Positions 1-17,320 of a stretch of DNA of 64,000 nucleotides are shown here, piece after piece. A program made the translations under genes and the position numbers. The stretch's first letter is position 1. Each line of letters starts with the position of its first letter. The stretch lies in assembly GCF_009914755.1 (NCBI RefSeq), contig NC_060939.1. One strand, given 5' to 3'. This DNA comes from the human T2T-CHM13v2.0 reference genome, Homo sapiens. Below the pieces are notes generated by a model, which worked only from the letters and a program-made list of their open reading frames with translations, was not told the origin of the DNA and made no database searches.

Positions 1-2734
<2,734 letters not shown>

Positions 2735-2797
2735 TATGATGTTAGCTGGTTATTTTGCTCGTTAGTTGATGCAGTTTCTTCCTAGCATCGATGGTCT

Positions 2798-3832
2798 TTA
2801 CAATTTGGCATGTTTTTGCAGTGGCTGGTACTGGTTGTTCCTTTCCATGTTTAATGCTTCCTTCAGGAGCTCTTGTAAGGCAGGCCTGGTGGTGACAAAA
2901 TCTCTCAGCATTTGCTTGTCTGTAAAGGATTTTATTTCTCCTTCACTTATGAAGCTTAGTTTGGCTGGATATGAAATTCTAGCTTGAAAATTCTTTTCTT
3001 TTAGATTGTTGAATATTGGTCCCCACTCTCTTCTGGCTTGTAGAGTTTCTGCCGAGAGATCTGCTGTTAGTCTGATGGGCTTCCCTTTGTGGGTAACCGG
3101 ACCTTTCTCTCTGGCTGCCCTTAACATTTTTTCCTTCATTTCAACTTTGGTGAATCTGACAATTATGTGTCTTGGGGTTGTTCTTCTCAAGGAGTATCTT
3201 TGTGGTGTTCTCTGTATTTCCTGAATTTGAATGTTGGCCTGCCTTGCTAGGTTGGGGAAGTTCTCCTGGATAATAACCTGAAGAGTGTTTTCCAACTTGG
3301 TTCCATTTTCCCCGTCACTTTCAGGTACGCCAATCAGATGTAGATTTGGTCTTTTCACATAGTCCCATATTTCTTGGAGGCTTTGTCATTTCTTTTTACT
3401 CTTTTTTCTCTAAACTTCTCTTCTTGCTTCATTTCATTCATTTGATCTTCAATCACTCATATCCTTTCTTCCAGTTGATCAAATTGGCTACTGAAGCTTG
3501 TGCATGCGTCACGTAGTTCTTGTGCCATGGTTTTCAGCTCCATCAGGTAATTTAAGGTCTTCTCTACGCTGTTTACTCTAGTTAGCCATTCGTCCAATCT
3601 TTTTTTAAGGTTCTTGGCTTCTTTGCGATGGGTTTGAACATCCTCCTTTAGCTTGGAGAAGTTTGTTATTACTGATCTTCCGAAGCCTTCTTCTCTCAAC
3701 TCGTCAAAGTCATTCTCCGTCCACCTTTGTTCCATTGCTGGCAAGGAGCTGCGTTCCTTTGTGTTCCTTTGGAGGAGAAGAGGCGCTCTGATTTTTTGAA
3801 TTTTCAGCTTTTCTGCTCTGATTTCTCCCCAT
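2798..3832 (-). pseudogene. L1 ORF1p remnant (disrupted)
   Basis: ATG at 3832, ends ...LQKHAKL* at 2798. Broken by a 10-bp duplication (g[c/t]gttccttt x2, 3751-3770) and a stop near 3457. Confidence 0.9.
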
Positions 3833-4866
3833 CTTTGTGGTTTTATCTACCTTTGGTCTTTAGTGATGGTGACGTACAGATGGGATTTTGGTGTGGATGT
3901 CCTTTCTGTTTGTTAGTTTTCCTTCTAACAGTCAGGACCCTCAGCTGCAGGTCTGTTGGAAGTTTGCTGGAGGTCCACTCCAGACCCTGTTTGCCTGGGT
4001 ATCACCAGTGGAGGCTGCAGAACTGCAAATATTCCAGAACGGCTAATGTTGCTGCCTGATCATTCCTCTGGAAGCTTCGTCTCAGAGGTGCACCCGGCCG
4101 TATGAGGTGTGAGTCAGCCCCAACTGTGAGGTGCCTCCCAGTTAGGCTACTCAGGGGTCAGGGACCCACTTGAGGAGGCAGTCTGTCTGTTCTCAGATCT
4201 CAAACTCCATGCTGGGAGAACCACTACTCTCTTGAAAGCTGTCACACAGGGACGTTTAAGTCTGCAGAAGTTTCTCCTGCCTTTTGTTCAGCTATGCCCT
4301 GCCCCCAGAGGTGGAGTCTACAGTGGCAGGCAGGCCTCCTTGAGCTGCGGTGGGCTCCACCCAGTTCGAGCTTCCCAGCTGCTTTGTTTACCTACTCAAG
4401 CCTCCGCAATGGCGGGCACCCCTCCCCCAGCCTCGCTGCCACCTTGCAGTTCAATCTCAGACTGCTGTGCTAGCAGTGAGCAAGGCTCTATGGGTGTGGG
4501 ACCCTCCGAGCCAGGCGCGGGATATAATCTCGTGGTGTGCAGTTTGCTAAGAACGTTGGAAAAGTGCAGTATTAGGGTGGGAGTGACCCAATTTTCCAGG
4601 TGCCATCTCTCACAGCTTCCCTTGGCTAGGAAAGGGAATTCCCCGACCCCTTGTGCTTCCTGGGTGAGGCGATGCCTCACCCTGCTTCAGCTCATGCTCC
4701 GTGGGCTGTACCCACTGTCCTGCACCCACTGTCCGACAAGCCCCAGTGAGATAAACCCGGTACCTCAGTTGGAAATGCAGAAATCACTCGTCTTCTGCGT
4801 CGCTCATGCTGGGAGCTATAGGCTGGAGCTGTTCCTATTCAGCCATTTTGGAACCTTCCCCTCTCC
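3833..4866 (-). promoter_or_regulatory. L1 5' UTR with internal sense and antisense promoter regions
   Basis: Complete 5' UTR with a YY1-like AAAATGGCTG near 4841-4851. Many CpGs have decayed, so activity is unknown. Confidence 0.7.
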
Positions 4867-5836
4867 AGACATTTTTAAAAGAGTGAACCTCTTTCTAAAA
4901 TTATCAAACTATCCTTTGCTGGCATTAAGTTCTTCAGCTTAAGATCCTTCATCTGCCTTTTGCCTTAAGTTGTCAGGTTTACTGTATTGCACTAAACACA
5001 ATGAAAAATACGTGAGAAGCGTGAGATCACTTTTTGCTGTGATATGCAATGTACTGGAGAGACAAACTGTTCACACGGGGATGGTTAGTGTCACACATTT
5101 TAAGGGAATACTCACAACCTTTTTAGCTCACTCAAGCAACAGCAACACAACATGGCTACAGAATTACTACAGTAAAACTGTAGTACTATGTGTACTGCAG
5201 TTAATTTTGTGTGGTTATGTCTTTATATTTGTTTACATTTCTCTCAACTGTGAACAGTGCCATGTGCAGTCTATGTCTGTGTAAGTTTTTATAAATTTTA
5301 ACTTTTTTTTTTTTAAGATGGAGTCTCGCTCTGTCACCCAGGCTGGAGTGCAGTGGCGTGATCTCAGCTCACTGTAACCTCTGCCCCCTGGGTTCAAGCA
5401 ATTCTCCTGCCTCAGCCTCCTGAGTAGCTGGAATTACCTGGCTAATTTTTGTACTTTTAGTAGAGATAGAGTTTTACCATCTTAGCCAGGCTGGTCTCGA
5501 ATGCCTGACCTCCAGTGACCTGCCCTCCTCAGCCTCCCAAAGTGCTGGTATTACAGGAGTGAGCCACTGCGCCCAGCCAATTTTAACTTTTTATAATAGA
5601 TTTATGTGTATTTTATGGTAGTAAATGATAAAATAGACTAGTATTTACGTATACTTTATGTATTCATGACATAACTTTTTCTTATTTTTTTCGATATTTC
5701 TAGGCTACATAGTTCATCTGAGAATTTTTTCAAATTGTTGCAAATCTCAAAAAATTTTCCAATATATTTATTTTTAAAAATCCATGTGTAAGTGGACCCA
5801 TGCAGTTCAAATCCAGGTTGTTCACAGGTCAACTGC
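4867..5836 (-). mobile_element. Tigger2 DNA transposon fragment (interrupted by L1 and Alu)
   Basis: TIR CAGTTGACCTGTGAACAAC at 5836 (minus) and the Tigger2-like left end. Transposase remnant GS*AEELNASKG*FDNFRKRF at ~4880-4960. Confidence 0.8.
5303..5578 (-). mobile_element. Alu (S/J) inside Tigger2
   Basis: Alu dimer with TSD aattttaacttttt on both sides. Confidence 0.92.
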
Positions 5837-7659
5837 ATAGTTTAGAGGTTGTGGTATATCTATATAATGGAATACTTAAAAAAAAGTTAGGTCTGTATGT
5901 GCTGACATGGAAAGATACTGTTAATTGAGAAAGAGCAAGCTGTAAAACATCATCATTGTATGATCCTATTTTTGTTTAATATATATTCATAAACTATATT
6001 CATATATCCATATAATACAGTAGCTTGGAATTCACAGATTATCATTTGTGGTTTCCACTCTTTGTGAACCATACTGAAAGTCCATGGCATCTGAACATTT
6101 ATCATTCTGCCCAATCATGAAAGAGCCACACCTCTCTTAGACCTCTCTGAGTAAAGGAGAAAAGAGCTGGACAGTGAGTCTGGCCTTGCTCTGGGCTCCA
6201 GCTCAGCATGCCTTTGCTCTTCTCCACCAGTTTGTGTGTGTATTCCTGAAGAGATATGAACTGAAGCCACCTATCTGCACCTGTGATGGAAGTAAAGATT
6301 ATGTAAAGAGGTCTCTGAACGTGACTGATCTAAGCAATGCTGTCTCCTCTCTCCCAAACCCTACATCCCCACCTAGCATCACATCGTATACCTTGAATAT
6401 ATACAATTTTTGTCAATTATACCTCAATAAAACTAAAAAGAAATCAGTTCCCTTAATTTTCTACAACATGTCTACTTGATTTTTCATATGTGAAGGAAGA
6501 AATAAGAACTAAATACTAATTGCGATAGAAACTTGACTGGCAAACATCTACAAAGTCTCTAGCTAAAACGCAAAGAAACTTAACTACACCATCTACAATT
6601 TGATCTATTTACAGTCAGCTTTTAACTCATCCAGGAAACACCTGCAGAATTTAGGAAAACCCGTAACTATTTCAAATCTTACAATTGTTTAGCGAATGTA
6701 AAATCTCAGAATCAGAAGAGGGCTTAAAGATGATCTGGTCCAAACACCCCATTTCCAAGAAAACTAGAGCTCCAAGAACAAAGCTGGCTCAGACCAGAGC
6801 CCACACCAGACCAAGGATGTCCTGATCCCCGATCCTTGAGGCCCTCTCTGGCTCCCCTCTCCCTTCAGAAGCAAACATAATGGATCTGAAAAAAGTTGCA
6901 CAGCTGCACAAATGGCAAGAGGAAAGCAAAATCAGGACTCAACTAAAATTCCATTTCATTGTAACACAACTTGGTTTCCCACATTCTCTTTTCCTTGGCA
7001 GTGTTAGTTATCATTGGAGAGTGTGGTATAAGGAGGAGTCCCATGAGAAAATTCTTCCTTAGCATTATCTCCCCTAGCTTCAGTCCTTAGCCATGCCTCC
7101 AGCACAGTCAAAATCTACAGTGCTACAAAGTGCCAAACCATAGCTTCCTTACATATAGCTAAATCCATTTACCCAAATGCAGTCATTCATTTAACAAGTA
7201 CTTACTGAGTACCAACAGGCACAGGTCTAGTCCTGGGATACAGCATTGCACTTGCAGCTGGATTCATGGTTGGGTTCCCTTATGCCTACCCATCTAAGAT
7301 ACCAGATTCTTTGCTAGAGCCATGGCATTTGGTAGTGCACTGGACCACACTATATGTAGGTATTATGAGTCTTCATAATCATGTCTACTGCCTGACTTTG
7401 GAGGTTAGAACTAGCATTATTAGGTGCAAGCACATTTATCTGCATTGCCAAAATCCCAGTCAGCACCGGTGCAGTAAAAAACAGATGGTGTGCCTGTAAC
7501 TCATGATTGACACATTGCTGCAACAGATGCTAGGTATGTCCTTGCTGAAGATCTAAGCAAATGGTCTCTAGGAATGAAAAACAGATTTTAATGCAAACAA
7601 AGATTGCCTAGAGATTCTATAAGATTTTCTATTTTACTTTATACCCTAACTAATTCTGT

Positions 7660-8110
7660 TTGGTTCCACAAGTATTCAGTATGTGTATATTCTATTTCAT
7701 ACACTGTTCTAAGAATTGCAGAAACAAAAATGGGTAAGATGTTTTCCCTTCCCTCAAAGTTCTGCTGATGAGATGGACACACACAGACACTGTCAATATG
7801 ACACACAAAGTTCTGTGAAGGAGGAATGTACAAGGTGCCATGGGAGCCCAGTGGAGTTTGCAAACCTCACCCAACTTGTGCAAAGAAAAATAGAGTACAT
7901 GGTAACTTCCTAAAGGAGGGGGACATGGATTTGGGCTAGAAGGACAAATAGGAGTTAACCAAGCAAATGAACAAATTCATGTTCCAGACATGAATGAAGA
8001 CATAAAGATGTGGAACAGGATAAAATACACATGAGGAATAACAAGTAGTTTAGAATCACTGTAGCAAGAAATGAGAGGCCAGAGAGATTCCCAGGGCTCA
8101 GATCATAAAA
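7660..8110 (-). mobile_element. L2 fragment
   Basis: Degenerate L2-like purine-rich sequence. Confidence 0.45.
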
Positions 8111-10888
8111 GGACTGGAACATAGTAGTACTCAGTAAATACTTGATGAAAGAATTGGCTAGAGCTTTCATGAAGGAAAAGGTATAAGTATGTGGTTATGC
8201 ATGTTGGACAAATTTTGTATGTCCATTTTGTTAGTAGAAACAGGATATAATCAGTATTATTCTACATCAGTAGAATTATAAGAACATGATTCAGTCAGCA
8301 AGAACTTGGCTCACTCAGCATGATAACTGGAGACTCAGGCATAATAAAGAGGAAGTGGCTAGGCAGTTTTTATATTCTTGTGACCACAAGAGAGAGAAGA
8401 GCTAGAGTGGTATCTGCACAGACACAGGCAAAGATCATACGGAGAAAGATGAAAGAGGCATGCACGGGGTCTGTGAGCTTGAGAACTTCCTGGATATAGC
8501 AACCATCTCTTTTCTCCTATAGGCCATCTCTTTTTTTCGTTTAACATAAATAAACCAAGTATCTGTGACTCTACCTGACCTTCTTCATGGCATCATGTGG
8601 AAGAAACCCTGATCCAGAAGGGAATAGAACTCATATTCCTGGTAGTTGTTTTTTGTGAGTGGGCTTGGGCCCTTTGCTGCTGCTGAAGAGGGAAGAGGAT
8701 AGCCAGAGCTGGGAAAAACAGGAGTCAACATGATCCATACTCTAACAACTCCATGTTGAACATATTGAAACACACAGGAATCCTGGGCCAGAGTAGATTT
8801 CCAATAATTTTACAAAAACAGAAGCAATACAGACACCATAAGTACTGGCTATAAATTCTAAAAACTTTCATCACACATCAAAAACAACTCAACAAGGTGA
8901 AATTTATTCCATTTGATATCCCTAACATTAATTTCCTGTTCATAATTTTTTTTTTTAATAAAAGGTAAGACTGTGGAGGAGGGCAATCTGCTTAATTTTG
9001 CTGTGAACCTAAAATGGCTTTAAAAAATTTTTTTTAAGTGAATCCGGTCCATTAGTAGAGGAGTTGCGGCAGCTCAAGGCAAGGAGCCTGAGGCCCAGAT
9101 TCCTAATTTCTTGGCCCTAAATAGTGACTCTATCCCCTGATGCCCCTGGACTACCAACCTGCCCGTGGCTCTTCCAGGTTTCTAAGGTCTCCTGTGATTA
9201 GGCTTCTATCATTGCAATGGACTGATACTCAAGCTCACTCAGGTGAAGGATGAGCAGGGCACACATATGAATACAGAGGAAACAACAGGATAAGGAACCA
9301 GAGAAGAGCTAAGTCACATAGAGGAAAAAACCGAAGCAAAGTGTTGGTTCCAAGGCAGGCCCTGGAAGCCCATGAGTAGGAATTGGTGGCTTTTCTGGTA
9401 CACCACTGCTAATGGGGTCAGAACTGTCAATGTGTCTACACCACTCCTCTGGTTTATCTTTTCCATACTTGTTACAGAAATCCCCAAAACAGGACACCTA
9501 AATGGCTCACTTAAACATTGCTACTTCTGTTTAGACTGCCCTTTTGAGACCAGGCCACATCAAAAGGCCCTTACGAGTGAGCCATTTTCAGGTCAGGGCC
9601 TCCCCTTGTCCAATCAGCTTGGCTGGATCATTTGGTTTCTTAGCAGGGGCCCCAGGTCAACAGGGAGAGTGAGGGGTACAGTTACCCTTTGAAGGGACCG
9701 TGAGTATGGCAAGCACTGTGAATTAATTTATGATACACTGATGGTAGCAATGCCTTAGAAATTTCAGGAGTAGGGAAGAGAAAAAGTGACATCTGGGAGG
9801 CAGTAGAGACTCAGCAATATATTTAAAAACAACAACAACAACAAAAAACTATGGGTGCAAGGACACGCCTAGAAATTTCTAAAAAACCCATTCTCAGCAC
9901 TCAGTTTTCCTTCCCCATCCATTCCAATCCATAATTTGGAAAAACATGTCCCACTCCCCAACATTCTATGGATTAAGGTATTTTAATTGAGCAAATGTTA
10001 TGTTAAAAGATATCCTGGCAAGAATGCGAAGGTCCATCCCCAGACTAGATGAACTTCTTCCTTAGCTTATGGCTATGTCCACACCCTTATGACAGCCCTA
10101 ATTGTGGTTCCTGAACTTCTATTATTATAACACAACGATTTAGAAAAACAGTCTGCTCTATACAGCTAATGTCACACTGTGGAAATGAATCATTCTGACC
10201 AAAAGCCTTGCTTCTGGCAGTGCCAATCCCTTCCTAAAGCAACTGCAAGCCGTCCACCTCCCAGTCAGGAAGCATCTGGTAGCTGGGGCTCTAGAAGTAT
10301 CCCTGGGAAGTCAGTCAGAACTAGAGAGACCACTAACATTTGTTAGGGGGCACTGGAATTGTTGAGCTCTGACACATGATCAAGTAGGCCAGGAAAAGTA
10401 ACTAATCTTAGGATCCTCATGTTAAGAAAGATTAAAGTGATTAGATCAATCACTAAATGACTATAAGAGCAGAACCAAAAGTATTCTATGATAATTGTAG
10501 CAAGTTGAACGTATTACAGGTATGCATTACATTTTCCTGAAAATATATGTGAATTAGAATGCAAGGAACTAGAACACAAGAAGCCCTGGCTAGTTAGGTA
10601 GCTATGGTAGAAAATACACATACACACACCCTTCCTTTTTGTTTTTAGAAAATAAGAATGTGGATCTGTTCCAGTAGCCAGGGAGGATAGAGTAGATATT
10701 AAAGACAAAAGTATTTTGCCCTCCTAATCCTTTTTATTACCAGAAAAAGGACAGAAGATGAAATCAACACTAACTTTAATCCTGACTTCTGTTTCACTCT
10801 TCACAGGATTTTGCAGATACAAGTATTTCAAAGTGATCATTATATGAAATGCCATATATGTTCCTGAATTAACAAAACAACTTGGTAG

Positions 10889-11341
<453 letters not shown>

Positions 11342-12569
11342 TAAACTGTCTGTTCTTTTGAATAATTACAAAAAACAGTAAGGCAGAGTTAATAATTACA
11401 GAACTTTCAATAGCTAGGAAGTATGTAAGTCACTACAAATGATTTTCATTTCTAAACAATTTTCAACTAACTTCTTAATCCCTTAAATTATCCTTCTCTA
11501 CTAAAGATCTGTAAATGACAGAACACAAATCTTTAAAAGAGAATAAAGAATTCACTATGTAAAAAAAAAAAAAAAAAAAACAAGACTGTCAGGTGATTAA
11601 TCACTTCTAATGACAAAAAATGTTTTAGGGTATTGAATTTGAACAAAGTAGTATATATTCTCAAATACTATTGGAATTAAGGGGACAATTAGAATCCTAG
11701 AGAGTTCAAGTTTTCCGTCACATGAGTTAAGCAGCCTAAGTCAGTTGATCTCTGCACGAGACCTCTGATTAGATCATGAGATACTGAATTCTAGAATAAC
11801 AAGGTCTCTTTTTAGAAATCCTTACTCTAGGTAGTACTAGATGAATGTTATTAAAATGAAATAAAAACATGAATCAGCATAATATTTACCCTTTTAAAAA
11901 AAAGATTAAGTAACCTCTTGTATGGATAATATAGTTTCTACTATGCTAATGTAATTTTTCACATCATAGCCAGAAAGGAGTGGGTTTTACATAGACTGTT
12001 AAAAAAGATAATAACATAAACATACACTTTTGGTAGAAAAAGCCTCAATAACTTGAACAGAAACGACAAGAATAAAGATTTTTTAGCATGATAGTAATAT
12101 GCTAAATAATTAAATTTCTCAAATTTTTCTTCTAACAACACACAAACGTATTTGTCAGTTCAAAATGTTGCTTCTTTGAAAACACTATAGTAAATCCTTT
12201 AGGCGAATCTTAGGATTTCAAGAGCCTGGCATTAAGCATCAACACAAAATTATTTTAAGTTGCTAATTATCACCGTAAACAAGCAGTCATGAGGGCACAG
12301 TTCTGAAACCCACATTTCCATAGTAAACGTTTTCATTTTTATGAACTGTTTAAATCACATTCCTCTTCTATACTTTTCCTATTCATTTTCAAATCAAATT
12401 CCAATTCAACACGTATTTACCAAGTCCCTCTTACAAGCGAGGTTCTGCGTTAAGCTGGGGGTGGGGGATGGTGAAACAAGGAGGATGAGAGCAGAGCCTG
12501 TTCTCTGTTTGCCATGTCCAGGCGTCTCTTCCTGATCCATGTCAAAAGGAGGTCAAAGAGCCACGTCCA

Positions 12570-12745
12570 TTTTAATCCTAATAGCCCTATCGCTGAGCAT
12601 TATTACCTCAGTTTTACAGATGAAAAAACTCAGGTTGAGTGAGTCAAAGTAGCTTGGTCAAGATGACATGTCTAGTTAAGTGGTGGAGCCAGGATTTGAC
12701 CAAAGAATGTCTGGCCCCGACTTTCATTCTCTCTCCACTACACTG
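12570..12745 (-). mobile_element. MIR
   Basis: MIR core ttttacagatgaaaaaactcagg...aagtggtggagccaggatttga. Confidence 0.7.
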
Positions 12746-13391
12746 TATCTTCCTTATTCAAACCTCAGCTCAAATGTTACCTTCTCAGAGAGGCTGTGTT
12801 TTTAAATGAGTAGTTTTATTTTCTTCCCATTTTAAAAGAGATTAGACTTATTAATAAATTCTAGAAATCAGACTTTTCCAGTTGAAAACAAGAGACTCTT
12901 GGGGATTTTTTGTTTTAATATTGTTGTCACTAAGGTAAAAGTCTTTAAAAAGAGGAGAAATAAAGGAAAGGAAATAACACACAGGCAGAGAAAAAGAAAG
13001 ACTATGTTACAAAGGAGAGCAGTATTACACTTTCTCCTTTGTTGCTTCACTAAAGGCAAAGAGGAGTGCGGCCAATTCTAAAGGCCAAGGGTGTACACCT
13101 GCCTGACCACATCATGCCCACTGGAATCATCAAAGGCTTACAACTGAGGCTCTATAGAAGATTCCCACGAGGATACACCCATGTCATAGGCACACGGGTG
13201 AAGGAAACACTCAGAGCTAGAAATGTCAGCATAAGGGATATGGGCTTTCTTAAGAAAAGAATGAGTATTTGTGTTATGTACAAATGCTTCTTAAATATCT
13301 TTTTAGAAGACTCTGTGATACAAGTTTTACGTTGATACTAAAAATTTGGAAGCTTTCAAAGAGGAGAAATAGGTCATACGACACAAAATTA

Positions 13392-13741
<350 letters not shown>

Positions 13742-13742
13742 G

Positions 13743-14042
13743 GGCCGGGTATGGTGGCTCACAACTATAATCGCAACACTTTGGGAGGCCGAGGCAAGTA
13801 GATCACCTGAGGTCAGGAGTTCAAGACCAGCTTGGACCACATGGTGAAACCCCGTCTCTGCTAAAAATATAAAAATTAGCCGAGCATGGTGACAGGTGCC
13901 TATAATCCCAGCTACTCAGGAGGCTGAGGCAGGAGAATCACTGGAACCCAGGAGGCAGGGGTTGCAGTGAGCCAAGATCATGCCACTGCACTCCAGCCTA
14001 GATGACAGAACGAGACTCCGTCTCAAAAAAAAAAAAAAAAAA
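13743..14042 (+). mobile_element. AluS
   Basis: Full dimer with A-tail, in tandem after the AluJ. Confidence 0.92.
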
Positions 14043-15583
14043 GTTTTACACTATGACATTTCCTGGTTTCAATTTTGCATTATCCTTGGCTGACTAAGGA
14101 AACCAGCATACTTGTACGGCCGGCGTTCCTGATGCCCCTCACTCACTACCCTCAATCCCTACCCCACATTCCCAGACAGCTTTATTTCAGTCTGCTGAGA
14201 TGACCTATCCACCAAGAGCCCATTCTTTGGGCTCCAGCAGTACCTGACAATAGCAACATAAACACTAAGATGAAAGCTTTCTAATTCTGGGTGAGGCCTC
14301 TGATTATCTCTCATTTCAATGGCCATGTATTTGTGAATTCTTAACTTCTACATAGTACTTCTGTAGCAAAAAGTTCCTTTACTTTATTGAACTTTACTAA
14401 ATTATCTAGGGTGAAAAAAAAACCCATAAGGGGTTGAAAGAATTATGGATGAGGTGAATGCTTTTGTTGCATAGTATTCACCAGGACTCAAAAGACAGAG
14501 AAGGATTAAAAAAAAAAAAAGACAGAGAAGCTTATTTTTGTAATCTTTCCTGTGAGTTTTCATTCTGAGCCATTTGTAAATATATGTAGCTGATGTCTGT
14601 AAATAATGAATTCTTGGAAACCACATTTTAATGTGGAGGGCTGTAAAGCAGTTCATATTTCCCCAAAAGAGCTATAATTGGGGTCTGCATTTCTGAAGCA
14701 TATGCAGCACATTAGTTGTACACATGATCAAATACATTCTATAAAGCAAATATGTGAACTCTAAAGCAATTACAAATATCAAAATTCTGCTGCTGGTGCT
14801 AGTCCCTAGACCTAGGCTTTAAAACAACAAAATTAATTATACAAGAACTCTACCATAAAGTACATAGAAAGGCATACTCTGACATAACACACATTTGATC
14901 AGAAATGTCTATGTTTACCTTAAACATATGAGTGAAATAATAAAATGGTTGTGATTTGCCTTAAAATCTTTCAGAAGAAGAAAATGTTGGGAAAAAGAAG
15001 AAATGAAGCAAATGTGCAGAAGGCTGTTATTTGTTGAAGCTGCGGGCTTGGGGGGATTTGTTTTACTCTTCTCCTTACTTTGTGAATGTTTCAAAAACTT
15101 TTCAAAATAAAAAGTTTAAAAAGCTAAACTAAAAAGTATAAATGACACTTAATAACAAATAATATTTAACAATTTCTCTTTCTTAAAACGCAAAACTCTC
15201 TGGGGAAAGATGAGATAAATCAGTAACAACTGCCCATGGGAGGAGGCATTATAGCAAGATTTCCACAGCAAGCAGTTGTCAATAGCATAACTAAATTTAG
15301 AACCTTAACTTATCTTCTACATGGCGTGTACATGCACCATTAGACCAAAGTGTAAAAGTAAAACTGCAGAGAATGAAGATAAACCTTCCTTATACCACAT
15401 AGAAAAATTAACTCAAAATGGACCAAAGACCTAAATGTTAAGAGCTAAAACTGTAAGACTCTTAGAAGAAAATACAGGAGGAAAACTTCATGATACTGAA
15501 TTTGGCACTGATTTCTTGGAGCTGACACCAGGAGCACAGGCAATAAAAGAAAAAGGTAAATAAATTTAAAACCTCTCTGCATC

Positions 15584-15906
<323 letters not shown>

Positions 15907-16008
15907 TCAACAGAGTGAAAAGGAAACCCACATAATGAAAGGAAATATTTGCAAATCATATATCTGATAAAAGATTCATACCCAGAATATATAAAGAATT
16001 CTACAACT

Positions 16009-16147
16009 CAGCTGTGCATGGTGGCTCACACCTGTAACCTCAGCACTTTGGGAGGCCAAGGCAGGAGGACTGCTTGAGCCCAGGAGTTCAAGACTAGCCT
16101 AGGCAACATAGTGAGACCTGTCTCTAAGTAAATTTAAAACAAAAATA
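16009..16147 (+). mobile_element. FLAM / Alu monomer
   Basis: Single left arm with TSD aaagaattctaca. Confidence 0.8.
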
Positions 16148-16716
16148 AAAGAATTCTACAGCTGAACAGCAACAATGATGAACAACCTGATTTTAAAATG
16201 AGCAAAGACTTTGAATAGACGTTTCTCCAAACAAGATACACAAATGGCCAATAGGCACATGAAAAGATGCTGAACATCATTAATCATTAGGGAAATGCAA
16301 ATCAAGCCTACAATGAGATACCATTTCACTCCTATTAGAATACCTACTATCAAAAAACTAGAAAATAACAAGAGTTGGACAGGATGTGGAGAAATTAGAA
16401 CGATTGTGCCCTGGAGAAATTAGAACCTCTGCACCCTGGTAATGTAAAATGGTGCAGCCAGTACGGAAAACAGTATGGTGGTTCCTCAAAAAATTAAATA
16501 TATAATTCCTATATAACCGAGGAATCCCACTTCTGGTTATATATCCAAAAGATTTGAAAGCAAGGTCTCAAAGAGATGCTTGTACACCCATGTTCACAGC
16601 AGCATTCTTCACAATAGCCAAAGGATGGAAGCAACCCATGTCCATCAATGGATGAATAGATTAAACAAAAATGTGGTGTATTTACTCAAAAGAATATTAT
16701 TTGGCCTCAAAAGAGA

Positions 16717-16794
16717 AGGAAATTCTGAAAGATGTCACGACATGGATGAACCTTGAGGAAATTCTGAAAGATGTCACGACATGGATGAACCTTG
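16717..16794. repeat. Perfect 39-bp tandem duplication
   Basis: aggaaattctgaaagatgtcacgacatggatgaaccttg x2, followed by agga. Confidence 0.95.
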
Positions 16795-16971
16795 AGGACA
16801 TTACGCCATATGAAATAAGCCAGTCATGAAAAGACAAATACTATATGATTCCACTTATATAGGGTACCTAGAGTAGTCAGATTCATAGGGAGAGAAAGTA
16901 GAATAATGGTTGCCAGGGACTAGAGGGAGTGGGGAATAGGGAGTTATTGTTTAATGGGTACAGGGATATAG

Positions 16972-17320
<349 letters not shown>

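Noticed and set aside
13009-13335. 10-bp stem hairpin (13009-13042) and 89-aa ORF 13066..13335
   Set aside because: Too short for a pre-miRNA, the ORF has a non-ATG start and no recognisable homology, and both are consistent with chance.
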